Shown piece by piece: positions 1-12,385 of a DNA stretch of 64,000 nt. Below the pieces are notes generated by a model that worked only from the letters and a program-made list of their open reading frames with translations, had not been told where the DNA came from and ran no database searches. Numbering within the stretch: position 1 is the stretch's first letter; the number at the start of each line of letters is the position of its first letter. The position numbers and the translations under genes were made by a program. Source of the DNA: Zygnema circumcarinatum SAG 698-1b (Eukaryota; Plantae; Zygnematophyceae); the NCBI GenBank assembly GCA_037447605.1, contig CM074818.1:1066617-1130616 (forward strand), given 5' to 3'.

Positions 1-230
1 GTGAAGTTCCATTTTTATGGACAATACTTTCTATGAGAAATGATGAGGAACTGTAATTCGCTCTCAGATTGAAAAGCCCACCTTGTCAATGTAGTTGATA
101 CCTTCTGTTCATTAGTAGACCCGAGGCCTTGCCCGAGTCAGTCTTTGTGCTTTTAGCTTATTTTCGATTCTGGTGTATATCCACCATGGTGGAGATTGCA
201 GAGTTGAGTACAAATTGGGAATTGTTGCAG

Positions 231-2144
231 GTGCTGTTTTATTGCCATTTTCCGGACCTCTTATTGGCCAAGAGAACCTCATTGCTCCGCCAGCTTTATC
301 GACGCCCTATCGACGCGCTGGAGGAGGCCACTACTGGTGCGGTTCCATAATCCACTCAATCAGCAAGAGGTTGGAAGAGAGGGAGGGAAAGACAAAGAGA
401 GAGAGAGGTTGTCTTTCCTTTTTTAGTTTCCTGTTCTGATCGCCTTTTCTCAACCAATTCAATGCAACCATCCCTACAACTCTATCCCATGCTTTTTGTT
501 AGTAGTTTTTCTGAAATTCTGGAATTGAAAGACTAAGGTACTTTTTCAGAAATCTGAACGTCGGAGGCTAAATTCCAACAAAGCGGGCTTTTGTGCAGGT
601 ATGGCGGATGCAATAGTTGTTAATAGTGAATACACAGCTGCTACATTCGCATCAACCTTTCAAAACCTTTCAAGGAGCCAAAGCTTAACTCCACGAGTGC
701 TTTATCCCGCTGTCAATACTCTTCTTAATGAAGGGAGCCTCTCAAGGAGAGCTTCAATCGATAAAAGGAAACCTCAGGAGGTGGCGGGAATCCCCGGGCT
801 CTCTCCAGACAAGTGAGTTTCCCATCTCTGGTAATTTTATTTTCATCTCTTTTTGCTCTTAATTTGATTATTCCAATTGTTTCAAAGACTAGTGGGGTAG
901 TGCAGGTGCCTAAGCAAGCCTTGACGCGAAACTTTCTGAAAAATTGGAATTTGGCCAATTTGGGGGATTATGAGGGATGGACATCTATCTTCTAAGTTCC
1001 ATAGGTAGACAGAATGATAGTTGTTTGGTAGCAGGGTACGTTTTTGCGAGTGTTGCTATTGAAATGAAGTACCCACAGAGCTCAAAACTAACCCTATGCA
1101 CTTAAGCTGCAGACGCTTCTTTCTGTCCATCAATCGTTTCGAGCGCAAGAAAAATATCGCATTGGCTATTCGTGCATTTGCACGTCTGCTGCAGAAACAC
1201 CGCCAAGGCTCAGCTGATGTTGGCAAGGAGAGGAAATTAGACGTTGGTGCTTTAAAGTTGGTAATCGCAGGTATGTCTTATGCAAGCAGCCCATTTAGAT
1301 GTCTTCATTGGCATATTGTAATCGAATTTTGTGACTTTCAGGGTTTCGTTTTCCTAGACAAGCTCGTTCAGAGGTCTTTATCAGTGAGACAGTTTCGGCT
1401 TTTGTGGATTAGGGATTTTATTGCCCTGCCATGGGTCAGTAAATGTAGTTTCTCACAAGGATAGTGTTGAGTACATGTCATCTGTAAGCAGTTTCCAGCA
1501 TTTTACAAGGTGTGTAAAGGGGGGAACAGGAGGGTATGATGCACGCCTGAAAGAGAATCGAGAGTATTTGGAGGAACTGAAGGCTCTCGCCCAACTGGAG
1601 GGGCTCTCAGAGTCTCTCGTTTTTGTGCTCTCATTCAGCGACGATCAGAAAGCAGCTCTCCTTGGAGCCTGTATCTGCGTTATCTACACTCCAGAGGTCT
1701 GCCGCTTATCTCTTCTCTTCCCTCAAATGCTGTTTGATATCAGTGAACGATCGTATCTTGCAGCTCTCTAAATACCTTTAAGCGGCTATTGAACCATTTT
1801 CCAATCTCACCCTCAGTCTTTCATTTTGCTGTTTCTTTGATGGGCTCTAGAATGAACATTTTGGGATCGTGCCCTTGGAAGCCATGGCTGCTCGGAAGCC
1901 CGTCATTGCATGCAACAGTGGTGGCCCCAAGGAGAGCATTCAACACACCTCCACAGGGTTCCTCTGTGAACCTTCTCCCCAAAGCTTTGCTGCCGCCATG
2001 GAGGCCCTTGTGAGTCAGCCGAGCAGGTCAGAGGTTATGGGGAAAGCTGCACGCCGCCACGTAGAAGCGCATTTTTCCAGGAAGGTTTTCGGGGACAGGT
2101 TGAACGAGATTATTACTGACTTGCACGCAGGCAAGATCCGCTGA
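231..2144 (+). CDS. ALG2: Alpha-1,3/1,6-mannosyltransferase ALG2 (GT4), 5'-partial; exons 231-336, 599-812, 1113-1270, 1530-1696, 1851-2144
   Basis: The spliced translation contains VLFYCHFPDLLL, MAD.IVVNSEYTA, FLSINRFERKKNI, GGYDARL.EN.EYL and NEHFGIVPLEAMA. All introns are GT-AG with consistent phase; stop TGA at 2142-2144. Confidence 0.95.
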
Positions 2145-2830
2145 TCGAGTACGCATGGAAAGGTCTTTTTGTGCCCCCCCTTTTTTTTTTTTTTTTTTTC
2201 AAAGGGGTTGGGGTCGGCTCGGACGGAAGCGTAGACGCGGGAGGAAGACGTGAGGCAACTGTATATAGGGGTGAGCTTTGGGGCTGTCGCTGCTGCTTCT
2301 ATGGGGGGTTGTTCATCGTCAAAGAAGGTTACGGATTCCTAGTCTGGAGGGGCGGTGTATAGAAAGAGGAAGGGCAGCGTTTCCTTGCATACAGATGATG
2401 CGATGCATCTTGTGGTGGTGAGAGTACAGGGAGGGATAGAGAGGGAGAGCACGAGACGGAGGGAGAGAGGAAGGAGATGGCGAGGCAAAGAAAAGGAGAT
2501 GGTGGAGGTGACGGGAGAGGGAAATGCAAGCATGGATATGAGGGGAAATAGTTCGGATTGATGGGTTAGGCAGTTGAGCCATAGTGAGGTCTGTGGCCCC
2601 TGTCAGAGGTACAACAACTTGTTTTTTTCAGCAGTCGTTTGTTGTTCTTGCAAGTTTAACATGCGAACGATGATCTGTTCAACTCAATAATATCGAAATA
2701 ACCACCTAAAGAGAGGCGTCAATTCACGTTAACATCTTCACGAACAGTAGGTGGCAGCGTGCTAACAAACCATGTCCTGTCCTGCACCTCTATCGCCTCC
2801 TGCACCTCTCATGCCAACCCCACTTTGATG

Positions 2831-2990
2831 GACACCTCTCACCTCTCTCTCGCCTCTCTCTCACCTCTCTCACCTCTCTCACCTCTCTCTCACCTCTCTC
2901 TCACCTCTCTCACCTCTCTCTCACCTCTCTCACCTCTCTCTCACCTCTCTCACCTCTCTCTTACCTCTCTCACCTCTCGCGCACCTCTCA
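2831..2990. repeat. CT-rich tandem repeat (CTCTCACCT-type units of 9-11 bp)
   Basis: Directly visible repeated cacctctct(ct) units in the intergenic region. Confidence 0.9.
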
Positions 2991-3062
2991 CACTCACCGC
3001 CGACATTCACCGAAATATCGCACGAGGCTATCCAACGGTCGATATCTTGCACTTCGCCAAGT

Positions 3063-3565
3063 GGCCCATCCAACGGTCAGAGAAAGTAGAAAGAAGAGAA
3101 AGCCCATGGCAATAACGTCATTACCGTACGGTAAACGGTATAGTGACATCATCTGGATATACATGCAACGGCTTTTTACTGTTTTAATTGCACATGAGAG
3201 CCCGTTGGCAAGTGTGAGATACTGTACGGAAATCCGGCTCTCCGTGCGACCGTACAGTTCTCCCATCACATGGAGCCTCGGGAGTCAGAGACTCTCCCCA
3301 AAGGCCTAAACCCTGTTTAATAAACCCCCCTGCTCTGGCCCCTGCATTCCCCTTAAACCCTAAATCTCAGCCATACAAGTACCCTGGAATATAAAAAAAG
3401 CACCCCAAAAACCCTTAAGAACCCTCGGACCCTTTTTCCCCAAAATTCGAAATCTTATAAAGTCTTTAATAAACGTAAGGAATCCTCTTTCAAATTTCTA
3501 AAACCCCATTCCCTTAACCCTTATTTCTCGACCCTAAACCTTAAACCCGAAACCCGAAACCCTAA
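3063..3565 (+). promoter_or_regulatory. TRM11 upstream region with site II elements and telo-boxes
   Basis: GGCCCA at 3063 and AGCCCA at 3101; AAACCCTAA at 3355 and 3557, upstream of the ATG at 3589. Confidence 0.55.
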
Positions 3566-3588
3566 ACCCGAAACCCTGCCATTCCGCC

Positions 3589-6500
3589 ATGCGGTACCTG
3601 TGCTACTTCCTGCACCGCCACCTCGACTTCCGCCTGGCGGAGGTGGAGGCCCTGGCGGCGCTGGCGGGCTGTACAGAGCCCCTCAATTGGCGGCAGCCAA
3701 AGGGAGGCCTCCACGAGGACTCTCCGTACTACTTCGTGGACTTTCCGTCGGAGGAGGTCGCCCGCCACGTGGCTGCCAGGAGTGAGTGAGGGGGGCCTGA
3801 ACCCTGCAAAAGCAAAACCCCGAAATTGGAATGAAGTTAAAACCGGAAATAGCTTTATTTAAACACCAAAAAAAATCTCCAAAAACCCATAACCCAAAAG
3901 CCTTTAAATCCCCCAAAAAATTAAACCCCGAAAGACCCACTAAACCCATGATCCTAAAAAACCCAGAACCCTTCAAGACCCTGAACCCCAAAAGCCATCC
4001 TTCTGAAGCTTTCGGCGGAACCCTAATGCTGTTTCTTCCAGGCGTGCTGCTGAAGGGCATTTTCGAGGTGTGGGGGGACGGGCGGTCCCCGGAGGAGGTC
4101 GCGGAGGGAGTGCGGGCGGTCCCCGCGGAGCGGACGGGTCCCTATTTGGCGGCGGAGCTGTCCTTCAAGGTGGTGGTGGACTGCTTCGGGCACGCGCTCA
4201 CTATGGAGGAACAGATGGACCGCATCCACCGCCTCGACTACATACCGTTCCAGGTGAGGAGGGGAGGGAGGAAGGGAGGGAGGAGGGAGGGATGGGAGGA
4301 GGGAGGGAGGGAGGAAGGGAGGGAGGGGAGTGGGGGAGTGGGGGGGGAAAGGGGGGGGAAGGGGGGTGAGGGAGGGAAGGGAGGGGGAGGGAAGGGGAGG
4401 GTGGGAGGGTGGGAGGGTGGGAGGGAGGGAGGGAGGGGAGAGAGGGAGGGGAGGGCGGTGAGGGAGGGGAGGGGGGAGGGGGAGGGAAGGGGGAGGGAGG
4501 GGTGGGAGGGGAGAAAGGGGAGGGAGGGAGGGAGGAAGGGATGGGAGGGAGGGAGAGAGGGAGGGAGGGAGGGAGGGAGAGAGGGAGGGAGGGAGGGAGG
4601 GAGAGAGGGAGGGAGGGAGGGAGGGAAAGGGGGGGAGAGGGGGGGAAAGGGGGGAGAATGGGGGAGGTAGAGGAAGGGTGAGGGGTAGGGATAGGATTAG
4701 GGTTAGGGGCGGGGTGGGGGTTCGAGTTGGTTAAGGTTAGGGTTGGGGTTAGGAGTAGGGTTAGGATTAGCGTTAGGATACTGGGTAAGAAGAATTTAAA
4801 GGCGCGGTTTGAGTTAGGGTTCGTTGAGGCTAGGGTTAGGGATAGGATTAGGATTAAGGCGAAGGTTAGGGTTAGGGTTAATGTTAGGGGTAGGCGTAAG
4901 GTTATGGGCGGGGTTGGAGTTAGGTTCGTCGGGGGTAGGTTTAGGGTTAGCGTTAGGGGTAGGAGCAGGATTAGGGTTTGAGTTAGGGGTAGGAGTAGGG
5001 TTAGGAGGCGGGGTTGGAGTTAAGGCTGGCTGAGGTTAGGGTTAGGGTTATGGTTAGGGGGAGGGTAGGGCTGGAGGTTGGTTGGGGTCAAAAGTGGGTT
5101 GGAGTTATGTGGTTAGTATTAGGGTTAGGGGTAGCAGGGGTTGTTAACGTTAGCATTAGGGGTAGTCGGGATTTAAGGTGGAACGGTTAGGGTTGGGGTT
5201 CAGTCCAGAAGCAGGCTAGGGCATAAGTCAAAGGTTGGGGTTATGACTAGAGTTAGGTTTAGCTGCCCCCATCTCATTCTTCTCCATGTACCCAAGCATG
5301 CAGGGAACGGTGAAACTGAAATCCCCCGATGTTCAGTTCTGGGTGATTGAGTGCATCATGGACGGCTCCAACAATGGACTCCCTCCCCCGGCTGCTCCAT
5401 GGATGTGCTTTGCTCGTCTTGTAGCTGCCTCTGACAGAAGTGTTGTTACAAAGCATGACTTAAAGAAAAGGTCCTATTTGGGCCCCACCGCCATGGATGC
5501 GGAGATGGCCCTTCTGATGGCGAATCAGGCTCAAGCTCGGAGTGGGCAGATAGTGTACGACCCCTTTGTGGGAACAGGAAGCATTCTCGTAGCAGCGGCT
5601 CATTTCGGCGCCATGACTTTGGTGAGGAGATGGGAGAAAGGTTTAACACGGGTTTTACAAATTTGGTTGGGTTACTTAAGGCTTCAATTTCTAGGGTTGC
5701 TTCAGGGTTCGGGGGTGGATGATGGGTCTTTGAGGGGTGGTAAGGTCTCTACAAGAGTTTTGGTGTATGATGGCTTGGGTTTTTGTGAAGCTTTAGGAGT
5801 TGTCTGGTTTTTCAAAAATGATTGTTAGGTTTTTCAAATCTTGAACCCTGAATCCATGGTTGGTGAGCAGGGAGCAGATATTGACATCAGAGTAGTGCGG
5901 AATGGGAAGGGTCCGGGATGCAATGTGTGGAGCAACTTCAAACAGGTGCGGCTATTGGAGTTCGTAGGGTTCCTTGCATTTCAGATTTTAGGGCTAAACT
6001 GTCGCAGTTTGACTTTGAGGTTTGACCAGCTGCTGTAAATCTGCGCCTCCATGGCTTGTTATTGCAGTTCTCAATTGAGTCCGTTGGGGGTTTCAGACTT
6101 AGATTCGAAATCAGTGTCGGAAATCTTCTAGTAGTTGTAGCGCTCTTATCACGTGCACTCTCTCTCTCTCTCTCTCTCCCCCTCCCTCTCTCTCTCTCTC
6201 TCTCCCCCTCCCTCTCTCTCTTTCTCACTCCTGTGATGAATACAGTACGACCTGCCCCTGCCTTTGGCCATCATCCGCTCAGACAACAACCGGCCGCCAT
6301 GGCGTGAAGGCCTGGAGGAGGTCAGCTCTCTCTCTCTCTCTCTCTCTCTCCTTCTCTCTCTTCCTCTCTCTCACGTTCTTGCCTCGTTATGATCTCTTCA
6401 TTAAACCCTACTTATCATTAAACCTCGACAATGTACCATACATTTCTGTGAGAAGTAATGGAGGTGCATTGCTGCAGATCATCGATGCCATCATCTGCGA

Positions 6501-7071
6501 CCCTCCCTATGGAGTTCGAGCCGGCGGGAGGAAGTCCGGAGGTCGAAAACTTCTGAATGGGAGCTGCGAAAGCTATACAATTCCTGACCATCTTCGAGAT
6601 AATCACATTCCCTCCACAGCTCCGTACACCCTAGAAGAATGCCTCTTTGACCTCCTTGATGCAGCTGCCCGTCTCTTAGTACTGGGAGGAAGATTAGTCT
6701 TCTTTTATCCTGCTGCCCGGGAAGACTTTAAAGAGGAGGATTTACCGGACCATCCGTGCTTTAAGCTGGTCGCTAATAGTGAGCAGATTTTGACAAGGAG
6801 GTGGAGCAGGAGGCTGATAACTATGGAGAAATCTGCACCTTATAGAGAGGAGCTGGCCCGGGAGGCAGTATTGAAGCATGAGGAGTTTAGGGTTCGCCAT
6901 AGCGAGCTCTTGGAGGAGAGCAGGCAGAGCTTGAGAGATGTTGTGTTCGCTCAGCACGGATCGACGGCTGAGATGCACCGAAAGGCTTCGATCAACGGCT
7001 CTAAAGAGGGGAAAGGTTGTGACTTGGAGGAGCCAATGTACAGACCGAGGTATCGAGCAAAATGTGTTTGA
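3589..7071 (+). CDS. TRM11: tRNA (guanine-10-N2)-methyltransferase TRM11; exons 3589-3781, 4042-4253, 5304-5621, 5871-5945, 6246-6320, 6478-7071
   Basis: Motifs MRYLCYFLHRHLDFRLAEVEAL, YLGPTAMDAEMA, VYDPFVGTGS (SAM-binding), GADID, DAIICDPPYGVRAGGRK and GGRLVFFYP. Exon phases are consistent. Confidence 0.95.
4254..5260 (+). repeat. G-rich low-complexity intron: (GGGA)n tract followed by a degenerate TTAGGG telomere-like array
   Basis: About 4254-4680 is GGGA/GGAG repeats; about 4680-5260 has many TTAGGG/GTTAGG units. Lies within TRM11 intron 2. Confidence 0.85.
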
Positions 7072-7428
7072 CAGGAAAGCTCGAAAGCATTTTGTGTGAT
7101 GTGTTGTGTTTCCAACTCTGGATGTTCTTTGCCTACACATTTACATATATACAGATTAAATTTGTAGATGTGTTTTTTGTTCCTGGAAAAGAATGAGCCG
7201 ATACAGCTCTGCAAGCAAAGGATAAATTGCTTCTTCATGAGGTAGAACCCACTACAAGGGAGGGCTTGCTTGTGAGCCTACAAAAGAAACCCTCGCGAAC
7301 CCTAAAAAGTCTTAAAGCTCTAAAACTTCTACAGTCACGAGGGAGCTCGCATACTGTTCAACACATTTGCAGGCATCGCTACTGTTAATTGCCCAAAATT
7401 ATATAACTTATTTAACGGAAAAAAAAAG

Positions 7429-9042
7429 TTAATGAGCTACAACCTGACGTCTGAAAGAGACAGGGCAGGGCTCTGTGGGAGGTCTCAACCCCACCAATCT
7501 TGTGCCATCAGGGGGAGGCAGAAGCCCTTCAGAATCACCCCCATGCTTACCACTTGAGCCATCTCTTATTTTCACTATTAGCTTTAGATTTAGATTAAGA
7601 AGGAGCATAGATACAAGGAGAGCTACTTCCGCTTCTCCAAAGAGGCGTCCTGGGCACCTATAGCGCCCCCCTCCAAAAGTAAAGTTTGGACATTTTGGAG
7701 CTGAATCCTGTTTCAAAAGGGGGCTGCAAGAAGCTTCTGGCTTCTTTCCATTCCATCTTTCAGGGAGGAATTCCATTGGATTCTCATATATGCGAGGGTC
7801 AGAATGGACGCTTGGAGAAAGGGCAACGAGATGGGCTCGAGGTATAATGAGATTGGAGGAATGGAGGGGCTGCAAGAGGAGGAGAACAGGGGAAGAAAAG
7901 CTTCAACTTAGCATGACATTGAAATAAAACAATTTTCTTTGTCTTTGTCTTTATAGAATCCAAGCAGTGAGCGCCTGAACTGTTAACTGAACCCCTCCCT
8001 ATACATGCATTTTTAGGAGTTAGCACAATGTGACTCACTCTCTGGTTCGTCATACTTTACAGAGAGGCAGGGAGAACGAGCGGGAGATGGGGGACGGGGG
8101 GAGGGGAGAGGGAGAGAGCGAGGGAGAGGGGGAGGGAAGAGGGAGAGAGCGAGGGAGAGGGGGAGGGGAGCGGGAGAGAGCGAGGGAGAGGGGGAGGGGA
8201 GAGGGAGAGAGCGAGGGAGAGGGAGAGGGGAGAGGGAGAGAGCGAGGGAGAGGGGGAGGGGAGAGGGAGAGAGCGAGGGAGAGGGAGAGGGGGAGTTTAG
8301 AGGAAGAGAGCGAGGGAGAGGGGGAGGGGAGAGGGAGAGAGCGAGGGAGAGGGGGAGTTTAGAGGGAGAGAGCGAGGAAGAGGGGGAGGAGAGAGCGAGA
8401 GAGCGAGGGAGAGGGGAGAGAGGAGTGGGAGGTAGAGGAAACACTTCAAGAAGAAACGTACCACGTTCCCTACACTTGCTCGAATACCCGGCATGCTTCC
8501 TCGAAGCCGAAGGGCTTCCATCACACAATGGAAAAGAACACCTCTTTTGTCAAGAGCAGCTCCAATGCAAGCCGTTGCTATAGGGCTGACGGTCTTATTA
8601 AGGTCCTCCGCTTCTCCTTTGGAGAAAAATTTCGAGTGCATATTGTCACTGTTTCTGTCGGAGGTTAATGCATTTTTAGGGTCACTCCGATTTGACGCTT
8701 CAAAAAGGTCCTCTTTGAGCTCGACGTTGAGTCTTAATGCAGATGAAAATATCTGCTCTTTCACAGCGTTTCTGATTCAGGAAATGAGAATGTATAATGA
8801 GAAAACAGTGGGCAGGGAGGGAGAGATGGGAGGGAGGGACGTAGAGAGGGGGGAGAGAGGGAGGAGGTGAGGGAGAGTTGCAGACTGCATCTTGAGGAGG
8901 AGGAAGAGGAAGATTTACTCCTCTAAATGAAAAAACTGCTCAAAAATCCTGCCAGACTCCATACATACTATTGTGTGTCTTTGCAAATCAACACCTTCCA
9001 GTCGAAATAAGAAAGAATGACCCAAAAACAATGGCATCAGAA

Positions 9043-9087
<45 letters not shown>

Positions 9088-11677
9088 CGCTAGAGAGCTT
9101 ACAGATACACCTCATGTTGAGGGAGTAGCAGAAATCCGACGGTCCAGAACGCAGCAGACATACTATTGGTTTGGGAAGCCCAAAGTATGGCGAGCAAACA
9201 GTTTGGTTGAATCTTTGCAGGCAGAGAAACAGCATGAAGAATTTCCCCTGCTATGCATGGTTCGGCTGCAAAATCTTCAAATTCAAGGCTGCTTTTGAGA
9301 GCTTCAAGGAGCCATGTTCTGGCTCGAGTCCACCTGAAGGTGGGCAAAAGAAGATTGTAGAAACTTCATTATACTTTTTTAAAATTGTGGGTGAGATGAT
9401 GGGTGGAGTTTGATCCAAACTTCAGCAGAGAAGGTGCGATTGAGTCAAAGGAAGTCGTTCCATAGTGACTTAACGAAAAGTGGTTGGCTAAATGTTTGGC
9501 TAAAAGTGCTTACTTACTTTCGGAAGATGAACTGTGGGAGAGGAGATGCTGCTGCTTCAAAGCCCTCTTCAAAGATTGTGAATTGCTCCAAAAATAGGGC
9601 CGGACCAACCCTCTCCCTCAGTCTCCTCCCTAGTTCACAAAAAGGAAAACACAAGTTAGCCAAAGCATAGTCATATTGGTCACATGGGAGAACAAACGGT
9701 GTAGGAAAACAGAACAGAAATTTTGCACCGCTTTTTGCTTTTTCCTGGCATGCTTTGCATCAAAACATAAACTCATGCGATTTAATGACTTTATAAAACT
9801 GCTAAGCAAGTTGTCGGTTCAGCATTCCTGACAGTGAAACTTTTTGCAACATCAAAGATGGTCTTACATATATGCTGCTGGTTTTACATAGAATTTGCTA
9901 TACAGAAACAGCGAAGAAGCTGAAGCCAAAACGATAGCTGAAAACTGTTTGAATTCCAATTGAACTGTAACAAATATTAGCTGATCTATTCGATTTTTAA
10001 CTTATTTTGAATTGGTTACAAAATGAGGGTGAGTTATCACCAAAGAGAGTGTCGACCGCCGCTGCAAACATCACCCGTCGGACCAATTGAAGCAAGTCCG
10101 CCTGCTCGCATGGACGGGCAGAAATGTCAAATGCACACATAGTGAACTTACAAAACAAAGAGTTTTTGAAAAATGAATCAAACGTATACGGCACACTTCT
10201 TGTTCATGAGCAGCCGGTCAAGTAACTATTCACAACATCAACGGTTGGAGAGTATGCAAGAAATAGCCCCTCTTTCCGACAACTATAAACGCAATGATGT
10301 GTAAGACAATGCAAAAAACAATGTTTGCTGAAGGTACTCCTGTTTGGTGCTGTTTCTTTGGATGGATTGTGGGACAGCACCTGTCCAGAATCGGGGAGGG
10401 CAGATAATTCCTCTTCAATTTTAAGACTCATACTCTCCAATATGGCTGGCAGACTTGAAGGAGCCAAGAGGCTGACCTTTTCAACATCCAAATGTGGAGG
10501 ATGAAGGAAGTCAGAGGCACAATCACTTGAAGTACAAGGTTGAAAAGTTCTAAACACCACTCCCTCATCCTGAGCAGTGAGGAAAGTCACCGATTCAAGC
10601 CTCTTAAATGTAAGTCATTCATTTCAAATCTGAATTGCAGCCTCACGTATTTGCTCTGAGGGTGAGACTCAGACAAAATTGCCTGGAAAAGTAGTGGAGT
10701 CGAGTCATGGGATTTCTTGAAATTTGTTTTGCAGTTAAATAACAAACAGTTATGGAGCTCAATCCTCTCCCAGCTGATAGTTAAAATTGAGGTTATATCA
10801 GGTCCTAGCTCATGCTATTCCAGAAAAAAATGTGAGAAGCAACTGTGGCAGTTGAGAGATAGCACTACCTGCGAAGTGCTGACAGAAGTGTACTATGATG
10901 TGGAAAGAACAATTTCGAAGGGAGAAGAAAAACTCGTTCAGTAAACATCTCCACTGCTGGTTTGAGGGACAAAAGGTGATCAGGATCGTCGAAATAAGTG
11001 ATGAAGGTGGCCGGGTTGAGCAGAAATGTAATTTTGTACAATGGAAGCCACCAGGTGAAGGTATCGCCATGCTGCAAGTACAAATTGCCCGCGAGAAACA
11101 GGAACTGCACATTGTTAAGGCCTGACCATTGCTGCAGCTTTCATGCCTCCACCTGAACTATATATCATTGAATAGAGGAGGTATTAGAGAGTAGAGGAGA
11201 GTAAGGGGTTGACAGCGATTGAGGTGGCCGAGCACGAACTAATTGAGGAGGGATTTATACTGAATCATCCAGAAAGTTACCTTTTTTTTTTTTTTTGCAC
11301 AAAACCAGATGATTCTGGAGCCTCTTCATTTTCAACTCTGTGCTATTCCAAATCCTTTCCTATCTACATGAAACGTAAGATCCTGTCTATGTCAATGCTG
11401 AGAAGGTTTTCAAGACACGAGCTGCTCTTGCGGAATCTCAGCTGATCCAGGAGGACTTACTATGAAGAATTTAGGGTAGAGAAGATCAGCTTACGCTGAG
11501 GTGACACCGAGTGATGAAGTCGTGCACAGAGCCGTTGAGAGGCACACCATAAACAATAGGAGGGGCGCTCCCATTGCCTCTTGCACCCTTGCTTGCATTC
11601 AGAAAAAAAAGCAAGCCTGCTGTGAAGAAAACGGTCGCTGCAACCAGCGAGGCCGTTGAGAAGTCCAGAAGCTCCAT
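7429..11677 (-). CDS. Cytochrome P450, CYP39/CYP7-like, ~543 aa; exons 11677-11495, 11071-10869, 10471-10381, 10101-10041, 9629-9518, 9333-9103, 8771-8462, 7869-7429
   Basis: N-terminal TM anchor plus PP hinge, I-helix ILWASQTNS, K-helix EALR, FLPERW and heme motif FGGGRYRCPG. The eight exons total 1632 nt in frame. Confidence 0.9.
8075..8435. repeat. GA-rich degenerate tandem repeat in the last CYP intron
   Basis: Repeated gagggagagagcgagggagagggg units. Confidence 0.85.
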
Positions 11678-12385
11678 CGCATTAGCTTCCCTGTTGATGT
11701 TCAATGCGTCAAAAAAAAGGCTATTTTGGGGGGCTGTTAAATGATCATACGCAGAAGCTTCAGGCGAAGTCGAATTATTGCCCACAAATCTTGAAATATG
11801 CCAAGCTTGAGATTTTACACTTTCTTCTGCCAGCTTTGCAGAAATTAAGCTGCTCACTGTTGCGGCACATGTGTTTCTCTCTCGCTCCCTGCTAAGCGCA
11901 CACAAATTAAAAGATCTGCAAGTCGAAGTCTGCAGGAATCCCTCAGTCTAACTTTCACGTCTCGCAGTGAGCATCAAAAGTTCCGAGCTCCGCTTTGATG
12001 CATGGTCTGCACACCTGCACTGCATTTCCCTGCGGAGAAACGCTTTCTGCAATTTTGACAACCACAGTTGTATCATCAGGAAGCAGGCTTGCTCCTTCAC
12101 TTTCTGTACATCGAAAGCGAGGGGTGAAACATCTTGAAGCCTGAGCTGAATGGTTTCACTCTGGATGGAGCCAAGCATTGGCAGCGGATGAGCAAAGAGA
12201 ACGGGGTTGGCTTACAGGTTTTCTTTCATTGGCATTCTTAAAAAGGGAAGGGGATAACCTTTTAGCCTGCGAACGCACACATACAAGAGGATGGAATAGT
12301 TTTGAGCACTGCTTATGCGAAGGAGCTCATATCGAGGGTCTGCTGTAGAGCAAACAGTCCTCATTAGCTCTGGTTTTTTTTCACA

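Noticed and set aside
3831-5033. Gly/Arg/Glu-rich and RVRV ORFs
   Set aside because: They are read-through of G-rich intronic repeats in TRM11; only 4042-4253 is exon.
4680-5260. Chromosome end / true telomere
   Set aside because: Degenerate and internal to a spliced intron with genes on both sides.
7429-11677. Recent horizontal transfer or contamination as the origin of the animal-like P450
   Set aside because: Its seven introns have the host's GA/CT-repeat style and it sits between native genes.
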